A DNA stretch of 64,000 nucleotides, from the NCBI GenBank assembly GCA_002633005.1, contig NMRA01000489.1, positions 260,727-324,726 on the forward strand. Reading direction: 5' to 3'. The notes below the pieces were generated by a model. It was not told the DNA's origin. It ran no database searches and saw only the letters and a program-made list of their open reading frames with translations. Shown here in pieces: positions 14,332 through 27,619 of this stretch (positions are counted from its first letter, which is position 1; each line of letters begins with the position of its first letter). A program made the position numbers and the translations under genes. This DNA comes from Phoronis australis. Taxonomy: Eukaryota; Animalia; Phoronida.

Positions 14332-16054
14332 TTTTGATACCTCAACCTTATGTCTCAAAACTTCATGCTTTTATACCAGAAAATGGTTATATATTAGAGC
14401 ACTCCCTGTTTTGAGACCATTCCTTTTTTCACATGCTTTTTTAGTGAAAATCACAATTCGTTTTAATTGCCAACCCATTCTTTCAATGTTTGAACTCTTG
14501 TTGTTTAGTTCTTGTTTCTCTGAATTTTTTTTCTGGCTTGCATGCTTTGACTACTTTTGAAATGGCTTGTTGGAACTTAAAGAAGCATTTCAGTCTTGTT
14601 TATACAGCATTCACTTTAAATACTTTGAGTTCTTAACTAAAGAGTTTCAGCATTTCAGAACATTACTGTGTGTAAATAATCCTGAATTAGTGTCCAAACT
14701 GTGTTTCAAACTGAGTCAGGGCAACAGAATATCTGTCAAGCAATTTTCCCCATGTCATTTAACTCAGAGCCACTTCAGTATATACATAGGTAGTTACTGT
14801 TTCACGGGAACAAGACGTCACAACTCGGTAAATCAGTCAATTGACGTCATCAGTTTTACATGTGTATACTAGTTACTCAATGGAAATGGTCGTTATTGAG
14901 ACTGACATATTTTTGAATGGTTTAATTCCCTGTGTACCATTTTCAAGTTTCAGGGTTGGCCCATCTTCCATAAAAACAACAATTTTCAGATGCTTTTTTA
15001 CCTCTTGAGGGTTTTGTGTTCTTGGAACTGAAAACAACCCAGTCATGGTAAGGAAATTTTTAGACCTATTTTACAAGAGCAAAAACCCAAATGCAAATAC
15101 TGCTAAACAGGTCGAAATGCTGGTTTGATGAACACAATTCTGGCTGTATACCGTTCAAATTTCATCCGAGTTGTTGTTTTTCTCTCTTCGTTAATTCTGT
15201 TTTCAAATTGTCCAGATTCAAAAAGTCTGGCCTCTTTAAATTTGGCCTTAATAAGTCTGGCTTTGGAAAGGTTGCAATTTGAAACGTCTGCCCATGGAGA
15301 GTCTGAAAAAGTCAACTGTGGAAACATGGCTTAGCCTGAAAATGTCTATCCTTGAATAGTCTGGCCTACTGTGTCGCATGCTAATCACGGTGGTTCAAGA
15401 GCGTGGGTTTAACTCCTGCTTTGCATTGCTTTCAAGTAATTCTTATTACAAGATTCATTTAGTCACTAACTGTAGCTTAAATAAGTTGTTGTCTGGAAAA
15501 GCATGCTGTTTACCGGGTAGCAGACAACAGTGCCTAAGCATATAGGTTTCCTAGTCGATAATGTTTGGTTTTGTGGGAAGAGGATGGCAAACACACCAAA
15601 GCTGGTATATTGTGACAGATTGTGATTAATAAGGAGCAAAAAAGCCTATAGATTAGGCTGAATTAGTGCCAGGATTGCCAACATGTTGAAGTCCATGAAG
15701 AATAATGGACATTGCTAGTGACGCATCAGTTGTCTTGAATTGTTTTTACTAACTAATTATAAATTTTAAGTGCGTTTCAGTAATAGTTTTGTTTAATTTC
15801 ATTTTATCTCATTGAAAACTACCTTAAAATGCATATTTATTCAGATGTCTAAAATGTTTGTTTCTGTATGGTCTTGCCAAATAAGTGGTTTTTAATAAAA
15901 TTTTTATATTTTGCTTGTAATATTGTTTGATTTTCACCTCATTACCTTGAGTCTTGATATTCTTTGTACAGATTTTAAAGCGGCTATAAAGCTTTTGTTA
16001 CTTTAGTCACGCTAATTAAGACCACTTATGATGATGATTTAATAGATTTCAAAT

Positions 16055-16514
16055 TGTAGGTAATAGTCAACATTACATTGTAAGTTATAGTCAACATTAC
16101 AGTGTAGGTTATAGTCAACATTACATTGTAGGTTATAGTCAACATTGCACTGTAGGTTATAGTCAACATTGCACTGTAGGTTATAGTCAACATTGCACTG
16201 TAGGTTATAGTCAACATTGCACTGTAGGTTATAGTCAACATTGCACTGTAGGTTATAATCAACATTGCACTGNNNNNNNNNNNNNNNNNNNNNNNNNNNN
16301 NNNNNNNNNNNNNNNNNNNNNNNNNNNNNNNNNNNNNNNNNNNNNNNNNNNNNNNNNNNNNNNNNNNNNNNNNNNNNNNNNNNNNNNNNNNNNNTGTAGG
16401 TTATAGTCAACATTGCACTGTAGGTTATAGTCAACATTGCACTGTAGGTTATAGTCAACATTGCACTGTAGGTTATAGTCAGTACTACATTGTAGGTTTT
16501 AGTTAACATTACAT
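16055..16514. repeat. 24-bp minisatellite spanning an assembly gap (N at 16273-16394)
   Basis: Unit tgtaggttatagtcaacattgcac on both sides of the N run. True length unknown. Confidence 0.96.
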
Positions 16515-17242
16515 AGATGTGATTAACTGAGCTTGGAGAGAACTGCAAGATCGTTTGTTATTGCTTGAGGCAAAGCACTGCAAGTTCGCATTTATTCGCA
16601 TGGTATCTGGCAATAATAAACTGCCAGTTCCCATGCAAAAATAAAAATAACTTCTCATCTACATAAGGAACAACTTCAGACCAGTTTTATGCTTTTAGAG
16701 ATGCTATGTTTCAACAAAACCGTGAATATTCAAATTTGTAGCAAGCGCCACCTAGTGACTTGCTGGAGCACTGTGTGTACAAGTATAATCTGGAAAAGAA
16801 ACAATTTATAATTAAATTGCGGGTTTAAAAAACACCACAACTGATACGCTTAAAAACAAGTGTTGACACATAATAAACTTAATAATTCCAAATATTACGC
16901 AATCTTTATTTGATAGTGAAATAAATTAATAAAATATGTGCCTTGTTACATTAGTGTATTGAAATATTACCATACTGATTTACCTAAAAATAGTCTCACA
17001 AAACAAGACTTTCGCAAGATTGTAATGGTAACTGGTTCTCGGATGGTTTCTGGTACACCAGAAGACCCGGGGTTGTTTGTAAACTAGTACTTTGTTTGCA
17101 GATTCACCATTTTCAGTAGTCTGTACATCAAAGTTCTTTCACCGAATACAGGTACTTCATAGCTATTTTATATGTCAATTTAATTGTTTGTCTGCGCTCT
17201 GTACAAATAAGTGTGATTTCTAACATTTACCTCTGACTGTGG

Positions 17243-17529
17243 TAAACATTCTCAAATTTAGGGCAGTGAAAATTAACTTTTTTGCTCAATTTCTAAGCAT
17301 GTGCCCAATTTTAGAATTTGAAATCAATATTAATTGTCTCAAATTCAAGAATTACCTTCAGCAACAGACAACAAGACTTCAATATAAAATGCACCATTCG
17401 ATATTTGAGAAATAGGAAGAATACCAAAATTGCCCATGTCCCTAATCTTCAGAATCTAGAAAATTTAATTTCGTCTTGGATTCTGATGTCCCAAACTTAA
17501 ATTTGGAGACTTCACAAACTGGAGAATGT
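17243..17529 (-). mobile_element. MITE, diverged inverted copy of 43630-43961
   Basis: Ends aaacattctcaaattt / aaactggagaatgt. Internal similarity to the reverse complement of 43630-43961. Confidence 0.6.
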
Positions 17530-18198
17530 CATCCAAATTTAAACACAGAAATGCGTGCAACTAAAGAATAGCTAGAGTAAAAATTTAAAAGAAGTTTATG
17601 ATAAATTAATCTTTCTCATGATTTTGCCCGGAAATTTTGAAACAAATGAATTGATGAAAATTTTCTTGAGGGATCATTGTGCTTAGTAGACTCACATCAG
17701 TCTGTGACAAATAGGCTAATTTCATTGACTTGAATAATCCTAATTGGCAAGATTAATCACGTTAAAAGTGCAACCTAATAAATTCAAGCATAGATAATAT
17801 TACGCTAGCTTTTTAGGCTTCACTTATTCAACATTCATCATTAAGCTTGCATAACTTTGCTAGGAACGTGGCACAGGTACTTATTGTAGTGTATGAGCTA
17901 TGTTGTTACATGCGAAAGGTCAATCGCAGGTTAGGTGAGAAACTTGAGTCATTGAGCTTGGTGAGAGAGCAAGCGTGTATTGACTAGAGATCTTGTTTAT
18001 GCTTCCACAGCAATGGTTACCAAGAGACAAGAGTTTTCAAGCTTGGAATTGAATGTTGAAATGAGGGACTGGCCGAACAAGGTCATGGAAGGTTTTTTAT
18101 AAACAAGATTTCTGTTGTAATCCTAAGGTTTCTTTTTCAAGCTAATCAGACGATGGTTAGTAAAGGAGAAAGAAAATTCAAGCGTTGGAGATAAATAT

Positions 18199-19210
18199 CA
18201 AATGAATGCGCTCCGAGGAGCAACACTTGGCGAAATTAACAGAAAAGACGACGATAGAGATGTTACAGAAAAGACGACGATAGAAATGATGACAAAAAGG
18301 ACGAATATGACGATGATGATGGTGATGATGAACAATTCAAGTAATGATAACATTCACAAGACGAACAGAACATAAAGGCCAGACATCAGTAAGTATAGGC
18401 TACAGTCTCGAACGCCACTTGCCGAAATTAACTGAAAAGACGACGACGGAGATGAAAGCCCATTCAAAACTCTATCTAAATTGTTGGTATCGCCTAATTC
18501 CGTAAATTTTTCGAAGAAATGAAATTTTGAGTTTTTTTAAGAATTTCAAAGTCAAGTAACTCGAAAACGGTAAGTCTGAGAAAAAAATTGTTACAGGTCA
18601 GTTGAATGAGTATACTTCAAAGAATCCACATGCAAAAAATCACTTCTTTTTCTCTTCCTGTTTAAAATGGCACTCCAGCACGACTGAAAGTGGGTCAACA
18701 TACGCCAGATCCGCCATCTTGAAAGCAACTTCCGTTTTTGTTGGCTCTGTATAATAGCTTGTCAAGATATGAAACTAATACCTGCAAAATTTTGAAGGAA
18801 TTGGCCCGACAATGCGCCCTCTACAGAAGAAAACGTTTTTAGGCCAAAATCGAGGTGCGCATGCGCGATCACCGATATTTCCGCCATCTTTAAACGGAAG
18901 TAAACAATTTCTGGTATACATGTAGTGCACACCCGGTCCATTAGTTGTGATGATTTTCAGGTCTGTACGTAAAAAATTATAGCCTCCAGAAGCCTTTGAA
19001 TCTTAAAATGAAAACAAAATGGCCACCACAGCCGCCATCTTGGATCCGATTGTGACGAAAAACAATAGGCTTCTAGTACTTCCGGAACTACGTGTTCTAT
19101 GTAAATTTTGTGATGGTTGGATGAAAATTGCGACCTGTATCGTGCGAACAAACAAACAAAACAAAACAAACTTGATGGAAGAGCAACATACTTATTTCGC
19201 CAAGTAATAA
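18199..19210 (-). mobile_element. Helentron/DINE-1-like element, family 2, copy A
   Basis: Reverse complement of 45005-46127 along its whole length. Carries the ttcgccaagt subterminal repeats, gtttgttt microsatellite and terminal hairpin. Confidence 0.8.
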
Positions 19211-20221
19211 GGTGACGTACTACTATTTAGCTGGACTTACAATGCTCGGTCAAATTTAGCAACACATAAAAGTTCTGATCTTAAGTATTGTTGCTGTTTA
19301 ATTTATCAGAATGCTTCACTCAGCTCTCTGTCGGTGTAAAAGAAATCTTGCAAAACACAGAACAGATATCCTTGGTAATGTATTTATGGATAGACCAGAT
19401 GTCTATTATTTGCTATAAGTTATGCAAATTTTGAGAGTTGTAAATAATGAGTGTGACATTAGATGGCCAATTTGCTAACTGTATTGATTGTTGATAGCCT
19501 ATCAGGTTCTGATGAGATGTGTTGTCAGTCGGTCGTTTTCATCTGGTATTGGCTTCACGTGGGCTGGTGTGATGAATGTTGAAAACCGAATATGACTCTT
19601 ATACTCGTATAACCACACAAAAATGAAGAGTCCTTTCACTAAACTCAAATGTTTGAAAGTGACTTGTACAACAGAGTAAATTGTCAGCCATTTCAGTCAA
19701 GTTTCAACTCAGGAGTGAAATGAAGGATTAAGGAATCAATTGAAGATTGTTGCCTTTATAGCAAGGTAGGAAATAACATAGGAAATATAAACAATGATGA
19801 GATGCACGTCTTAATTACATATTCTATTTACGCATTAGTTTCAATAGCTTAATGCAACTGATAAATATATCTAATGGAATTAATGTTTGTAGATAGCCTG
19901 CTTTGTCCATTCAGGCTGAATGTGCATAGTCAAGTGATCTTAACCAACCAGGTGTATTTTGGTATTGTAGTCAACCGATATTTTTCTCATGTTTGGTGTT
20001 GTGCTGTTGATAATAATTTGCACAATTTTAATTAATCCTTTCTTTCTACATTTTCTTACATGTAAGTGACTTACTAAGACTTCACTAATTACGATTTCTT
20101 TAGAAGGTGCTATTTTCTTTAAGTTTAATGAGTCTTTGTCTAAAGGCCAGTGTTTCCAGTTGCTCACTTTATTGTGATTTTTTCGCATCAAAAAAATGTA
20201 ATGTAAAGGTGATTTTTAGGT

Positions 20222-20222
<1 letters not shown>

Positions 20223-20260
<38 letters not shown>
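20223..20260. repeat. (CA)19 microsatellite
   Basis: Read directly from the sequence. Confidence 0.98.
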
Positions 20261-20264
<4 letters not shown>

Positions 20265-20351
20265 TGTAAAAACTGTGTATGTATGTATGTGTGTGCCTTA
20301 TATGATGCCAATAAAATGGCATGAGCAAATTTTCCAACTCTCTGACTACTA

Positions 20352-20569
20352 CTTTAATAATAGTATGAGCAAAGCTCCGGAAATTGCTTTTGAATTATAT
20401 CCAGGTTTACTCTTATGCATTCATTCACCCCTAAGACTGAGCTCAGAGGAGTAGGAGACACCTTTCACCTTTGTGCAATGCTCGATTGTCAGCCAGTAAA
20501 ACCAGGATTTGAACCTAGGTCTCCCAAACAGGAGTCCGGAGCTCAAACCATTGAGCCACACTGACTACC
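20352..20569 (-). mobile_element. tRNA-derived SINE, copy A
   Basis: Minus-strand A box tggctcaatgg and B box ggttcaaatcc. Body shared with 42924-43136. Confidence 0.78.
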
Positions 20570-22076
20570 GCTATGTCCTCAGGAGCAATTTTATATTCTT
20601 GTTTTTGCCTCTGCATCTTTGGAGTTTTTTTACCGTTTTTTATGAAATTCAGCAGATATGCATCTTTTAAGGAGATGATGTCACCTTTTCTCATTTCTAT
20701 CTCATAGGCAAGCCTAAACAAACACTGCCAGGGTGTTACTTGGTGTTGTAGGTGGACATTTACCACTTGCGGTATGGCCTGGGTCTAGATGTTCTGTTTT
20801 TTTCTTTCTCAAATGTTGGCAGCTATGCATATTTTACAATTCAGTCCACAAAAGCTCACACTATGTATGGTGCTTGTTAATTCAAGACTTAAATTCACAA
20901 TACACACAAGTTACAGTTCAGCAATTCATGCTTTTGTCTTGATTGGTCTAGGGAGAGAATGCATAACTAATAGTGCTTCATCAAACCTTCATGATATGGC
21001 ACTGACAGTCCTTGACGCATACTAATTATAATCACTTGAATGGATGAGACGATGTAGACCCTGAGCCTGGTCATACCACAAGTGGCAAATGTCCTACCTC
21101 AATTTCTACCAAAGTTGTGGCTGAAGGTTGGCATATGTGTTACTATTGTGGAGACCGTGGCTTGTCTTGATATTTGGAAACATATGATTGCTGTGTCGTG
21201 TAGGGTTTTCTTTTGGTATGCATCAATGTTTACTTGTTACATTATTTGATGTGATTTCATGAAACTTAACAAGTGTCTTCTTTATTTTGAAGAAAGCCCC
21301 CTTGGTGTTGATTTATGGATAAATCTGATCAAGTAGTGTTTGTGGCACATCTTTGGCAACAGTGTCTTCCTTCCATGTCTGTGAAAGTTCTTTGATGGAT
21401 CCAGTCTTCATGAAATTTGACTTAAATATGCGTTCCTTTATGTGGAAGGAGGGCACATTAGATCAAACTACCCTAGAACTATAGAAATGGGCAACCCTAT
21501 CTTTACCATTTTTGATCATGGCTCACATCAATGCTAATCAGCATGATTCTGGTATATGCTGTTGCATTGTTTTGGTTTTCAGTGCATTTCACAATAAATG
21601 CTTTAGGAGATATAAGTTAGGTGTGAAGAGTTGGTTGATACAGTACATGGCTAGAATTAAATCAGACAAATACTGTTTCCCCATCATGACGGGTATTCTG
21701 TTAAGAGCAGAGCTCTGCTGATTACTGGCAATGATGCACTATTCCGGCCTCTAAATTCTACTGACTTGCAGAATGGTTGAGCCCAGCTCAATAATTCCCA
21801 TTCATTCTTGGTCACCAGGGATTCAGCCTACTCGATGAATTCTGGCTCGTCTTGTCTAAATGCTTTTGGCACGTACTGTAGTTTGCAGAAGCAAATGTGA
21901 AACCAACAGCACCGCAGGGAAGATACCATCTGCAAATTATATAGTTCTTTTTCCTAAAATGCCTAGGGGGCCACTCACTGATTTTGATTTATGGATTACT
22001 TTATGCTTTATATTTTCAGTATGATGAAACAAGTCGAGAGCCATCTAAGCAGGAAGTGATAGACATAGTGTGGACT

Positions 22077-22573
22077 ATGGTTGGCAATGAAAGCCAAGAA
22101 GCTGTCTTGAATTTTGGTTATGGAAACTCTTCAGACTGTTTTCACTGGCAGCAGGCACAGCACATTGTATTCCAACTCGCCAATGTTGTGTTCATGATAT
22201 CATTCCTTGCACCCAGTACATTTGCCTACCACATTCTGTTTCTGCGTGGTGTATCTTCCATTGGTTGTCTGATGATTGTCTTCTGGTCAACCATAGTCAC
22301 GTGTCTTCCAGACTACTTGGGCTGGAATGTAGCATTCCTTGCTGTTAACATGGCGCACATCTGTTACCACCTTTGTACAGCGTATCCAACCAGGTTTGAG
22401 CCAGAGATTGAAGACTTGTATAGAAGACTATTCAAGCCATTCGAGATGCCACGACTGACATTCTGTGAACTGTTGGAGCAAGGTGAAATCCACCAGATGG
22501 CCTCAGGTGATGTGTACGCTTCAGAGGAGGAATCGCCTTGTAGCGAGTCTTTGTCACTGCTGATATGTGGCAG
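22077..22573 (+). CDS. bves: Popeye domain-containing protein (BVES/POPDC family), coding exon 1
   Basis: Acceptor ttttcag|22020. ATG at 22077 gives MVGNESQEAVLNFGYGNSSDCFHWQQAQHIVFQLAN..., with two N-glycosylation sequons, three hydrophobic TM segments and the POPDC-type FEPEIEDLYRRLFKP and LSLLICGR motifs. Donor ag|gtatac, phase 2. The frame is open from 22020, so an upstream start exon is possible. Confidence 0.9.
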
Positions 22574-22986
22574 GTATACGTATGGCAAATAATGTCTGTC
22601 TTACAGTGTTTCTTTGGATTACAAAGGAGTTAGTGATGATAATCATCTAAGGCTAATGAAAGAACTGTTCCGGCGCGGAGTCATAATGGGCCCTGCATGG
22701 CTTCGCCCCTCCCTACAGGGAATATCTATATGGGAAAGCTTCCTGCGGAAAATGTTTTAAATTTTTATGTCTGAATGATACATTCTGTAGGCTATGAATG
22801 AGCACAGACAACAGATTGTTGATTGTTATATTCACTGATGGTATGAATATTGATATCGACATATCATTTAACAAATGATTGAAACTATCAGCTTTTTTAT
22901 GTTATAGTTCTTATCACTTGTTACATGATACAGTAAATATTCATATTATTTACAACTAGTTTTTTTATGTTAATGTTGGTTATTAA

Positions 22987-24283
22987 TTTTCATGTGCCCA
23001 CAAAAAATTTTGTTGTTGCATGTAGACAGCATTTTGTCGCTCTGTCCATTTGTCAGTACCTTATTTGCTTTTCCATTGGTCAGTGTGACAGATCATCATG
23101 AAATTTCAGGTACATTAGGTTACATGGTGGTTGTGTGTTGACACCAGTTGTTTTTTGTAATGATTTGACTATGGTGGCACCCTACATTGTCAATTTTTGA
23201 CATTGATAGTGATTCAATGAATTTTGCCAAAACTTGGAACAGATGTACATGTGTTGGGATTGGCTGGGTCTAGATGATTTTTGGGTGGATTTGACTATAT
23301 AGTTAGAGGCTGTACAGTTTTCAACACATGAAATTCTTTGTGTGTCACATATTTTGGCAAAACCTCGACTCAAAGATTTTTGACTGGGAAGCACAGTGTC
23401 ACCAATTGATTATCGGCCGGATTTAACGTACAGCGGAACCTCTTGTAGGCCATTTTAATTTTCACGAGGGACCTAGTACAGCTGAAAATTCAGTCAAGCC
23501 AAAACCCAACTAAATTTGTAAACTGAAGCACAAGTTTCAATTACCCCATTCAGCTGCCAACACAGTAGAGCGCCATCTGGTTGGGCTGCCAAAAGTCAAC
23601 AGGCATCAATTGTTTTATGACGTAATGAGGCGTCATAAAGCGATTACATAATAGGTGACCAAGTAGCCCAAGCAGCTGGACTGAGTTCAATGGGCTATGT
23701 GTTGGATGATCAAGTTTTATCTGGACAGGGTTCCTCATGAGCAAGACTTTCTTTGTCGGTCAGTTATTGTCAGAACAGTTTACCAGATTTTGATTGAACT
23801 ATTTATTGTTGTAGATGCAAGATGGGTATGCATGGGTATCAGTTAATTTTCGGATAGATTTGAATACTGTAGCACTGTCTACTATTTGGCATTTTAGTTT
23901 TTGACAAGATATTGCCTGTGTCTGTTGATTACAATCAAATTAAAGCTGTGCTACAGTTTTTCATGAAATTTTACACAAGGGCTTAGGACTGGGATGCTCC
24001 TACATCTTCATATAATAATTAGATGGATTGGACTGCCGTAGCACCTTCTATTGGCCATTTTAGTTTTTGACAAGTTATTGCTTGTCTGGTAATTGTAGTC
24101 AAAATAGATTGAAAAATTTCTTGATGGACCCCGACATTAAGAAGTGTATGGCAGTCAGTTGCTTCCTGCTTTGATATACTGGCCAAATTGTACATTGCAT
24201 GGTTGCATAAACATCCCTACAAGCATTATTACCATTTACGGTGCAGTCATGGATGCATTTCAACACTTTGTATTGTTCTAGTT
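22987..24283 (+). mobile_element. DINE-1-like family 1 relative in the Popeye gene intron (with a nested fragment at about 23430-23750)
   Basis: Start tttcatgtgcccaca and end gtgcagtcatggatgcatttcaacactttgtattgttctagtt. The nested segment gtttcaattaccccattc...gccatctgg recurs at about 49040-49100. Confidence 0.55.
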
Positions 24284-24573
24284 AAGTTGACTTCGGTGTA
24301 TACAATGTCATGAAGCATTTCCTAGGCTTAGATCTTAACTCAAACTGAGAATGGTTCCATTACGACTGCAGGCAATCGGAACATTTAGCAAATACACAAC
24401 TAAAAGTGATTACATAGTCGCTGTTCAGGCATTAATGACAACAATGCCTACAATTTGGGTGTTGATTTTGCAAGTATATTGCAGGGCAGCATAGTGGCAA
24501 CTGTGGTGGGTTCATCTGTACTCTATGTTGATTGTCACCTTCTTCAGTTTAGTGAATTATGTTTGTGTTTCAG

Positions 24574-24691
24574 GATAAAAGTCAGCTGTGAGAGCTTGTT
24601 CCTGCATTTTGTTGAGCCTGGTCAGTTTCTTGACTCTGTTGAGTTTGAAGCTCAACAGCTGTACTGCAAGGAACAACAACCGTTTTATCAG
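24574..24691 (+). CDS. bves: Popeye domain-containing protein, coding exon 2
   Basis: gtttcag|g acceptor completes Arg. Reads IKVSCESLFLHFVEPGQFLDSVEFEAQ...FYQ (FLDSxEF phosphate-binding cassette). Donor cag|gtact, phase 0. Confidence 0.9.
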
Positions 24692-24923
24692 GTACTGTAC
24701 ACAATGATGTTCATGTTGTTAGAACGTATGTTTAATATTGTGTTCCGGATGTCAACAGAGATTGGCCGGCTTTAATTACCCTATTCCCAATTCTCTGCAC
24801 CAGAAAACTGCAGATCTGCACTTTGGATTAGACAAACAGGAAACAATTTAATGCTGCACTAAAGTTAGTGTCAAATTATTTTATTTTGGTGTACACACTT
24901 TTACATGTCATAATTTATTCTAG

Positions 24924-25215
24924 GTTACTATAGCTGCTGTTGAGAAGAGTAAAATCATATCTTGGAAGTGTGATCACTTTAGGACTTACCTTTCTGTGAA
25001 CCCATTCATGGCTGCCATGTTCAATTGCATTCTGGGTAAAGATATAGCCAGCAAACTGTATCACATCCAGGAGTGGTTGATCAAAGACAACAAGCAGCTG
25101 ATTGGGCCCAGTGGGTCAGTGACTGGTGGGGTCAGAGGTTATAATAGCCAAAGGACTTACTGTAGTAATGACAATCCAGTCATAGAGACACGCATGAGGT
25201 TCACTGGACCGAGAG
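24924..25215 (+). CDS. bves: Popeye domain-containing protein, coding exon 3
   Basis: ttctag| acceptor. Reads VTIAAVEKSKIISW...MFNCILGKDIASKLY (conserved GKDIxxKLY motif). Donor ag|gtaat, phase 1. Confidence 0.88.
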
Positions 25216-25319
25216 GTAATTTATATACATGCTCTCGAGTATTAACTAAGGTAGAGAAAGTTTAAAATAGGCAGATATAGGACTTTGGTGGAGTGTTTGA
25301 AATTGCGAAATTTGCAAAT

Positions 25320-26980
25320 CAGGTGGAATAGGATACATGAAAATGTCCAAATTTGACTGACTTTGGAACATCTCATCGCATAAATGGCCAATTAAATTCA
25401 CACGAAAAGTGCCAGATACTGTTTATGCACTGTTCAAAAGTCTTAAGGAATTGTTTCACTTTTACATAAACAGTTATTGAAGATAGAACTGTTATCGTTA
25501 AAGAACTCAAAAAGTTGCACAAAACAAAACAAAACAAAAACAAAACGCAATGAACAGGTTTAGAAAATTGTACAGCGTTTTTGAGGTTTCGTCTTGAACA
25601 TATCAAACAAAATTTGGTCATGTCATTGATACCATTGCATTGCTATCAGACAAGAGTATGCCTTTCTTTTAAACTAAATTTGACTAAAATGACATGGCCA
25701 CACGACCCAATCAAGACTACATAGGACCGTATCAACAAGCCCAAGCATTTGACCAAATACCTACAGTCCGGAAGAATTAAACTGTGGGTAAAAGTATGTA
25801 TTTACTGAAAGTAGAAAGCCTGTAGAATTTGACATTTGATTTTATGCCAATCTGTGATTAATTGGGTCACGTGACCATATATTTTTAGTAAAACTTACCA
25901 ATGAAAAAGGAAACTCGGTATAATGTATGTTCATAGCAAAACAGTGATATTAACAACATGGCCAATATAAATGCTAAAGATGTACTCCCAAAAACGCTGT
26001 TAGTTTTCTGAAATATTGCAATATGTTTTACTTTTATATAACTTTTGAGTGTCTTGATAAAAAATCATGTACCTAGTCCTATTTTTGATAGCAGCCCTCT
26101 CACAAAATTGGAATATATTAAACACAATTCCTAAAAGCATAGTGGAGAACTGTGCGTAAAGCATAGCATGTAAAAGTTTAATGAATCTCATCGGTTATTC
26201 ATGAGATGTGATATTGTGAAGTTAGTCAAATTTGGACATTTTTTCTAGGGTCACACATAACCTTAATGATAGTTTGGTAATAAAGTAAAAAAATCAAATT
26301 CTACAGGATGTCTACTTTCAGATAAGATATACCTTAACCTTTACTTAGTAGTTTGCCCAATATTATTCAAGTTTGCCCAATATTATTCAAGTTTGCCCAA
26401 TATTATTCAAGTTTGCCCAATATTATTCAAGTTTGCCCAATATTATTCAAGTTTGCTCAATATTATTCAGGTTAGCCTAATATTATTCATGCTTTTTGGG
26501 CTTACCTTGCATAAGGTTATGTTGGACCCTAAATAAATGTCCCAAATTTCGCTAACTTCACGTCATCATATTTCACAAACTGCGACCGATCGGATTCATT
26601 TCAAGTTTTTAGATACCATGCTTTATGCGTTGTTCTCCTAAACAGTTGGGAATAATTTGTTTTTAAAATGTTCCATTATGCATGAGAGGTTTTCAAAAAT
26701 GCGACTTTTAGTGATTTTTTTGAAAAATCAAAATTTACATGAAACGAAAATGAAATGATTATTTAGAAAACTGTAACAATGTTTTTGCGATTTCATCTTG
26801 AACATGTATATCAAACAATATTTACCCATAAGTTCATGATACAATTGTTTTTGGCTTATGAAAATTGCACCAGTTTCTTTTTTGGCTAAATTTTACTAAA
26901 ACACACAGTCATGTGACTCCAGTTAAAGGGAGATTGGTCAAACATCAAATTCTACAGGACTTCAACTTTCAGAAAATGTA
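25320..26980. mobile_element. Cluster of three Kolobok-like MITE copies in alternating orientation
   Basis: The end motif aggttatg..gaccctag/aaaatgtccaaatttg occurs forward at about 25330 and 26512 and reversed at about 26220-26265. Confidence 0.55.
26351..26489. repeat. 20-bp minisatellite, 7 copies
   Basis: Unit gtttgcccaatattattcaa. Confidence 0.96.
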
Positions 26981-27619
26981 TAATATTATTAATATATTAT
27001 ACTACGGTAAAGTCGCGTGATTTTCGGACGGCCCGCCCGTATAGTTTTGAAGATATTAGGGCAAATACATGGACTTGTCACTAAGGTCCTACACTAAACC
27101 TTGAGGTTCCTCACTATAGCTTGGCTCACCTTACTAGCTGTGTGGCATGTCTTCTTAGTATTTTAAAGCACTTTAGTGTACCACACGAGCTACATTGTCA
27201 TGTGCAAACAGGACATGAAATGTGTTTAGTTTTGATCTCTAATCGGTTAGAAAACTAGTTTGGTGAAGTAATTTTCCATTAGATTGCGAGCTTGAATTAT
27301 GTTAATGGGCAGCCGTTTTATTCAAGCATGCGTGGCAATGGTCGCCAAGAGGCAAGATTTTAAAAGCATAGAATTCAATGATGAAACAAAGGCTGGTCCA
27401 ACAAGCTTATTCAGTATTGTTTGATAAGTCTGATTTAACCTTACTCATCGGTAGTCTCTTTTTCAAGCTAACGAGCAATGATTAACAATGGAGCAAGGAA
27501 ATTCAATCTTGAAGAAAATGTCAAATAACATGGCCATACTATTAAGCTTGAGCAAATTTGGTCAAATTTAGTCACTAACCTAACGGTTGAGTATGGACTT
27601 ACATTTTCTGTCATTACAG

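Noticed and set aside
16026-16548. Repetitive ORFs (MLTITYSA / QCNVDYNL)
   Set aside because: Translations of a 24-bp minisatellite across an assembly gap.
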